From: Eledone cirrhosa
Taxonomy: Eukaryota
Assembly (NCBI GenBank): GCA_964016885.1
Contig: OZ024743.1
Span: 297,166,001 to 297,230,000, forward strand
Direction: 5' to 3'
DNA length: 64,000 nucleotides
Positions 56,664 to 64,000 of the stretch are shown here, in pieces. The translations under genes and the position numbers were made by a program. The notes under the pieces are model-generated. The model did not search any database and was not told the DNA's origin. It worked only from the letters and a program-made list of their open reading frames with translations. Position 1 is the stretch's first letter, and each line of letters opens with the position of its first letter.

Positions 56664-56826
56664 AATATACATATATATATATACATACATACATTCACCT
56701 CATATATAGGTACATTGTTACGCATACACATGCCCACACGTACACATAAGGGACCCACGTTTATACATATATCTATTCATACACAGTCATACATATATAC
56801 ATATACATACACACACAGACACACAC

Positions 56827-56935
<109 letters not shown>

Positions 56936-58545
56936 ATAACTAGAGATTGATTAACATATAAATATACAGGAATAATCACAGGAGATAATTTTTGCTTGCG
57001 TGTAACCACGCATAGCTAGTATAGGTAATATTTACCTTTAAGTGTGACTAACCTTTCCTTGTATATATCCCATTAAAGAAATATATTTCACCAATTAATC
57101 AGATGGTAAGTCACGGAAAGTGGATATTATTGGATTGTCAACAAGGAAAGTAATAATTTCCAGCTATTCGTGCTTACAGAGCGAGATCAAATCTTCAACT
57201 AGCCGTCACCACGTGTTGCGTCCACACAAGATAGCTGTTTCGTTTCAGTGGCGTGAAAAGGTATTCGACAACTAGAAATAGCAGTCAAATTCTTTTCAAC
57301 AGAAATAGCTCTACAATTAAGGAGCCGTATATATATATCTAAGTCCAAAATTAAGATAAATGAATTAAATGAATTTAATCTAAATCGAAATCATGGGTGC
57401 CATGACATAATGCATGCGCCATATATCCTTGGAATTTAAGCTCAAAGATAAATAAATCTGAGCATATTATAATAACTAGAGATTGATTAACATATAAATA
57501 TACATGAATAATCACAGGAGATAATTTTTGCTTGCGTGTAACCACGCATAGCTAGTATAGGTAATATTTACCTTTAAGTGTGATTAACCTATCCTTGTAT
57601 ATATCCCATGGACGCAACACGTGGTGACGGCTAGTTGAAGATTTGATCTCGCTCTGTAAGCACGAATAGCTGGAAATTATTACTTTCCTAGTTGACAATC
57701 CAATAATATCCACTTTCCGTGACTTACCATCTGATTAATTGGTGAAATATATTTCTTTAATGGGATATATACAAGGAAAGGTTAATCACACTTAAAGGTA
57801 AATATTACCTATACTAGCTATGCGTGGTTACACGTAAGCAAAAATTATCTCCTGTGATTATTCATGTATATTTATATGTTAATCAATCTCTAGTTATTAT
57901 AATATGCTCAGATTTATTTATCTTTGAGCTTAAATTCCAAGGATATATGGCGCATGCATTATGTCATGACACCCATGATTTCGATTTAGATTAAATTCAT
58001 TTATCTTAATTTTGGACTTAGATATATATACGGCTCCTTAATTGTAGAGCTATTTCTGTTGAAAAGAATTTGACTGCTATTTCTAGTTGTCGAATATCTT
58101 TTCACGCCACTGAAACGAAACCGCTATCTTGTGTGGACGCAACATGTGGTGACGGCTAGTTGAAGATTTGATCTCGCTCTGTAAGCACGAATAGCTGGAA
58201 GTTATTACTTTCCTTGTTGACAATCCAATAATATCCACTTTCCGTGACTTACCATCTGATTAATTGGTGAAATATATTTCTTTAATGGGATATATACAAG
58301 GAAAGGTTAATCACACTTAAAGGTAAATATTACCTATACTAGCTATGCGTGGTTACACGCAAGCAAAAATTATCTCCTGTGATTATTCATGTATATCAAT
58401 CTCTAGTTATTATAATATGCTCAGATTTATTTATCTTTGAGCTTAAATTCCAAGGATATATGGCGCATGCATTATGTCATGACACCCATGATTTCGATTT
58501 AGATTAAATTCATTTAATTCATTTATCTTAATTTTGGACTTAGAT
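56936..58545. repeat. About 535-bp non-coding unit in tandem and head-to-head array
   Basis: Unit 56936-57470 restarts at about 57471-57609, then switches strand and runs about 1.75 units reversed to 58545; copies near-identical. Confidence 0.9.
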
Positions 58546-58642
58546 ATATATATATATATACTATATTATATTTAGAGTTATAAACTCAAACAGTCCTTTA
58601 CAATTAATTAGCTCAAAGAAAGAAACATTTCTGAGCCGTGAA

Positions 58643-59016
58643 ATACAAGTTAATATAAATTAATATATGATAAACACTAATATAGACATATAAGTGTTTG
58701 TATTGTAAATGACCAAGTTAGCTAGATTGAAAAATACTAATTAAATTAATACAGTTTGCCTGTCTCGATTTAAAATAATAAATCAATAAAAGCAAACCCA
58801 TATTGGCAATAGGTTTGGATTTTGAAATTTAAATTTGTCCGGGTATCACGGTTATTGCCAATATGGGTTTGTTTTTATTGATTTATTATTTTAAATCGAG
58901 ACAGGCAAACTGTATTAATTTAATTAGTATTTTTCAATCTAGCTAACTTGGTCATTTACAATACAAACACTTATATGTCTATATTAGTGTTTATCATATA
59001 TTAATTTATATTAACT

Positions 59017-59021
<5 letters not shown>
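58643..59021. repeat. About 170-bp inverted repeat with a 40-bp spacer
   Basis: Arms 58643-58811 and 58852-59021 are reverse complements. Confidence 0.88.
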
Positions 59022-59084
<63 letters not shown>

Positions 59085-60199
59085 TATATATATATTTTTT
59101 TTCCTACACATGTGTACATACATACACAAACATATATGCGCTCCATAGATACACACAGGTGCTTACATATGCATTCATTTAAACCTACTGTTACACACAC
59201 ACACACACACACTCACACACACATATATATACATACGTACACATATACCTATATACACACATATATATATATATACATATATATATATATGTGTGCGTGC
59301 ATGCACACGCACACAAACAGACAGACGTGCATACGTGTGCGTACTTTTACATGCACATACACATACATACATTTATACATATATACCCACACACACATTT
59401 ATGCACTCACACCCAGACAGACGTACGCACATATATGAAAATAAACTGTATAAAAAATATTTGGAAGGTGCATGCAGCATGCACATGGTGCCGTACATCA
59501 AAATATTACGTGGGGAAATACGTGTAAGGTACGAAAAAAGTATATATGGGGGTATGACGCTGAATGCATGCAGCATCTCACATAACGGTAGATATGTGTA
59601 TGCAGATACACTTTGATGCACATGTTGACAGAGTTGGCATTATGGTGCTAACGTGGATTAATCAACATATAGAAACCTTAAACAAAATTACATATGGGAA
59701 GCTCATGGGAATAATGTAAAGGGTATACCCAGAACATATAGAAAATACATAAAGAATATATAAAAAATATATTTAAAAAATATATTAAAAATACACATTG
59801 GGTTGTACATGAAAAAATACAGTGTTACATAATGTGTTACATAATGGAATACGTGGAGAAGATATACACACTACTTAAAAGATACATATGTAGGGAGTGC
59901 AGGAGAACAGCCTATAATGGAGTGTGTTACTGTGGGTGAAATAGAGTGCCTTATTGATGTATGATACGGGATTGATTATACTCATGGAAAATGAGCCACC
60001 GTGTCCTGGCTCCTGCGACGGCGGTGTTTAAGATGAGGTGCAGAGTCTAATGGGCAGCGTTGATTGTGTCGACCTACGCCACAGGGCATACATAGTCATC
60101 AAGGTATGGTGTCGGTTCCCATGGACCCGCACCGCCACCCCGACTGACGTCCACTTCCCCATATGTCTTTAGTTGGGGCCATCCGGGGTTGCCCATGTG

Positions 60200-60948
60200 G
60201 AGAGTGTGCACCTTCTCTGGTGTCTGCATGTCATGATAATCTCCGATTTCAGGTTGACTGCGTCATCCTTTAATCTCACTATCTCCATGGCCTCGAACAG
60301 GCATAGCCTGCACTTCCTCTCGCCGGCCGAATATGCACTGGCACGTTGAACGATACTCCAGTTGAGATCATACGAAATGTCGTGGATGCTGCGCCGATGT
60401 AGGTGCGCTTCGTGTTGTGCGTGTTAACCACACATTTGTAGACTACGCCCTTCGTTAGGCATCTTCCCTACAGAGGGCATTGTGTGCCTACTCTGCAGTT
60501 GCAGGTTCGGTCGGTATGCTGCTCATTCCTTACGCTGGGTCCTGGCGTTCCCCCGATTCTCTGGGTGTTTTTTTGTCGGTGTGGTGGGCTCCTTTCCGTC
60601 ATTCAGTGCCACCTGGTAGTCGAGTATTGCATCTTCCGCGGGTGTGCCAGTTACTGTGGGGACCGGACTATAGTTGAGAACCCTGTCTCCAAGTGGCCCT
60701 CCAGGTCCCCCAGGATCGTCGGCCGCCTGCCGTAGATGGCGGTCGAGTTTCCCCAACTTCACCTCATTGGTTTTGGCCATATAGTCTGCCATGTTAGGTG
60801 CTGTGGAGAAGGAGAACTCGACCGTGTGGCGGTTGAATATGCTGTGGTATCTGTTCGATGGCGGAAAGCACTCGTCCAACGCTCAGAAGAAGAGGCCTGG
60901 TACATTGCTGCATACATGTTTCGAATACGGCGCGTTAAACCACGTAAT
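60200..60948 (-). pseudogene. PLE thumb/linker + GIY-YIG remnant
   Basis: ITWFNAPYS..FF*ALDECFPP..IFNRHTVEFSFSTAPNM, CNCRVGTQCPL*GRCL..VVYKC, TYIG, WSIV..AY..CRLCLFE, TCRH; colinear with 53915-54750. Confidence 0.85.
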
Positions 60949-60982
60949 AGCCTTAGACCTTGTCCTATTCCGTCGTCTGTGT

Positions 60983-61038
<56 letters not shown>

Positions 61039-61329
61039 GGTAGTGTTTGGTGCGTCAGGTGTCCCTCCCGGATTGTGGGTGTGTGTGTAAGAGTAGGCTT
61101 AAATGAATGTATATGTAAGCATGTGTGTGTATGTATGTACACATGTGTAGGAAAAAAAAAATATATATGTATATATATATGTGTGTGTGTGCGTGCGTGT
61201 ATATATGTATATATATGTGTGACTGTGTATGAATAGATATATGTATAAACGTGGGTCCCTTGTGTGTACGTGTGGGCATGTGTATGCGTATCAATGTACC
61301 TATATATGAGAGGTGAATGTATGTATGTG

Positions 61330-61365
<36 letters not shown>

Positions 61366-62100
61366 TATAAGTATGTATGTATGTATACGTACATACATAT
61401 ATGTATACAGACGTACAACAGAATGTATATATATACATACATGCACACATATATATATGCACGTATCGGTCTACCGAACATTTATTATAATGCTCGGTTT
61501 GTTTTTTTTGTAAACAAACAGCCCGAATTACGCCGTACAGTGTTTAGGAAACCAGGTCACCTTTTTGTTCAACACTGACACAGGAGTGATGTACTAGTTT
61601 CAAGCTTACTAGCTATCGTCAGCATCGCACACCTTCCTGCCAGATGGTTGAACGTCTGAAAGTATACACTTTCCTTATGCATATTAACGGATGAGCAGCC
61701 TAATTTGCATATCGAGTGAGTTTAGTCGGCTGGGCGCACCGAAAACGATAAATGGAATAGAATGAAACGAAATTTTATTTCTCACTCTTAGCACGGCAGT
61801 TACTTAAATAAAGCACATCGTTCTTGTGTCAGTGTTGAACAAAAGGTGACCTGGTTGCCTAAACACTGTACAGCGTAATTCGGGCTGTTTGTTTGTTTAC
61901 AAACAAACAAACCGAGCATTATAATGAGTATTTGGTAGACCGATACGTGTATATATATATATGTACATGTATGTATATATATACATACTACTGTACGTCT
62001 GTATACATATATGTATGTATGTATACATACATACTTACATTTTCGTAACTGCCGTACTAAGAGTGAGAAATGAAATTTCATTTCATTCTATTCCATTTAT
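61366..62100. mobile_element. Multiply inverted PLE-terminus insert of the 45300-45752 family
   Basis: 61816-62037 is the reverse complement of 61370-61592; 62047-62097 is the reverse complement of about 61755-61802. Confidence 0.8.
61587..61627 (-). ncRNA. Minimal type-I hammerhead ribozyme
   Basis: Minus strand gatg-CTGACGA-tagctagtaagctt-GAAA-CTA-GTA-catc. Confidence 0.82.
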
Positions 62101-62582
62101 ATATATATATATGTGTGTATGTGTGTGTGTGTGTGTGCGCGTGTGTGTGTATGTATGTATATGTGTATATATATTTATGTATGTACATGTGTGAATGCAA
62201 GCACACAAGCTGTATGTGTGTGTGGGAGTGTGTAGGTCCACGCAGATAAGTGTACGATTAATGGCTCGGAATGCCTGTATATAGGTGTGAGCACATGTGC
62301 GTGTAGGTGTATATGTATGGGGAGGCTGCCAAGCAAGGGATTGGCATGGGAATTCATAAAGACTATACTACACACAGCAGTAATTTTGCCAATGGGATTG
62401 GGATGAGTGACAGCTGACGCCTGAATGGAGATGGCCAGTGGGCAGATTTCAGTGGTGAAGAACTATGATGACGTCACGAACCATTGACCAATCTAAGGGC
62501 CGCGCAAACAGGATGAAGGCAGATGATAAAGACTCGAAAGGTCGGAGCCCTGCAGAAAGAGAATTTGCTTCGAAATCACTAG

Positions 62583-62675
62583 ACGTATCTGAGGAACTTG
62601 CGAATCCAGAGTCAGGTTCGATCCACAAACAGATCGCACCTCGAGCTGTGCTCCGGAGAAACAATTGTAATACGT
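62583..62675 (+). ncRNA. Type-I hammerhead with 62-nt stem II domain (GUA site)
   Basis: ACGTAT-CTGAGGA-[62 nt]-GAAA-CAATT-GTA-ATACGT; the twin on the minus strand at 56066-56158 has a stem III mismatch. Confidence 0.75.
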
Positions 62676-62716
62676 GATAAATTGAGTTCAGATGCATCAC
62701 TGATTCTTCGTTTTCC

Positions 62717-62798
<82 letters not shown>

Positions 62799-63669
62799 AG
62801 AATATATATATATATATATACATTCTAAAATAGATATGTTCACCTGCCTCTATACATAATAATTTTATTATAATCCCATATATGACTTCAAATTTTGGGG
62901 AAAGAAATATTCATTTTAATCTAATAATGTATTTTCTGTAAGGAAACATTTGCATTTACTACTATTGAGGAATATGTAACTCCTAGTCATACAGTTAAGA
63001 TCTTCAAAATACCAAAATCCATGTTCATAACTGACCTCTACTTAGAATACATTTCCTATGTCAACAGCTTTACAAGGGATTTTCTGTAATCCTGCTTTTT
63101 ATGTTTTGTTTGTAAATATATTATATTTGATAATTTGATATTTATATTTTTATGTTTAACTTTTATTTTATTTTATTCTATTTTTTATTTATTTCATTTA
63201 GCTATTTTATTTATTTATTTATTTATTTTGTTTTTGTAAAAGTAGGTATATGATGAAATTGTTCTTATCTTAGAATTATTGAATTTTGACTTAGATTTTA
63301 GGAGAAATCCTTTAAAATGCTTCTATGAAAAAAAAAATTAGAATTGAGTGAGTATTGATTTAGTTTGACTGTCTGAGAAATCCAATTAAGAAATGACTGA
63401 GGATTCAGCCTCTTGACTCTCAATTCAAGTACTGATATCATTAATTGTTCATAAGTAAGTGAAACAATGTTTTTCTTTCTTTTTTTTTTTTTGCTATTAA
63501 TGTTAAAATCAGTATTTTAAAATTTCCCCTTTGCTGGTTGCTGTATAATGGTAGAGAATTAAACTCAAAATACTAAAGCAAACAGGATGGGTGTAAATTT
63601 ACTTTCGAAAATTTGCTACATGATAAATGAGATGAAAACGGTTAGAAGTTATTTATATATATATATATA

Positions 63670-63760
63670 TACCGTAAATACTTAAATATAAGCCGACCCC
63701 TTATTCTTTGTCAGAAATGGGCAAAAATCCAAACCCCGTTTATAAACTAAGGCAGCTGTA
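63670..63760 (+). mobile_element. Possible pogo/Tc-like DNA transposon terminus
   Basis: TA-ccgtaaatac...tataagccgaccc start; no partner TIR found in the window. Confidence 0.35.
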
Positions 63761-64000
63761 CTACTGTTTGTTTTTTCAGCAGTATCTATTACTTTTAATT
63801 TAAAAGAAGCAGTGTATCCACTACGTGTTTTTAACTTTTTTTTCAGCCATCAGATACTTTTTATCTTTTTTGGTAGGGTGCAATGAGAAAACAAATGAAT
63901 AATAAATACCGGGTTTTGAACCCAGATAGAAACCTGTTACACATGCAAGATAATCACTACAAGGTATGAACAAGACCCCCAAATGAAAATAAGACAACCC

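Noticed and set aside
58050-58132. Hammerhead in the 535-bp unit (TTGAAAA...GAAAC)
   Set aside because: No stem I partner, stem III is mismatched, and the TGAAAAG segment pairs within a hairpin
60880-60888. In-frame TGA in the PLE remnant as possible selenocysteine
   Set aside because: Not at a Cys position; the same remnant has a TAG, a frameshift and a deletion, so decay is the simpler reading

Overview
AT-rich, microsatellite-saturated eukaryotic DNA. The SINE and LINE families look like an octopus or other cephalopod genome (inference). I cannot support any host protein-coding gene; only one weak candidate exon is noted. The window is nested retroelements: (i) a young RTE LINE family 'A', with one near-complete APE-RT copy at 47412-50799, and a sister family 'B', both with a C4HC3 PHD-like finger inside the RT region; (ii) a BovB-type RTE with three C-terminal C2H2 fingers; (iii) two Penelope-like elements (PLEs; RT + C-terminal GIY-YIG) with long inverted 3'-end duplications, one hosting several nested inserts; (iv) tRNA-derived SINEs, MITEs and old R4/Dong, L1/Tx1 and RTE remnants. 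The most striking unannotated signal is about 13 minimal type-I hammerhead ribozyme motifs from 8 sequence families, mostly in fold-back inserts within (TA)n tracts. Each family has a short palindromic stem III (7 different palindromes), one family has a U3-A8 covariant core, and several have enlarged stem II domains. A ~535-bp non-coding unit also occurs in a tandem plus head-to-head array. All coordinates were read by eye and may be off by a few bases.
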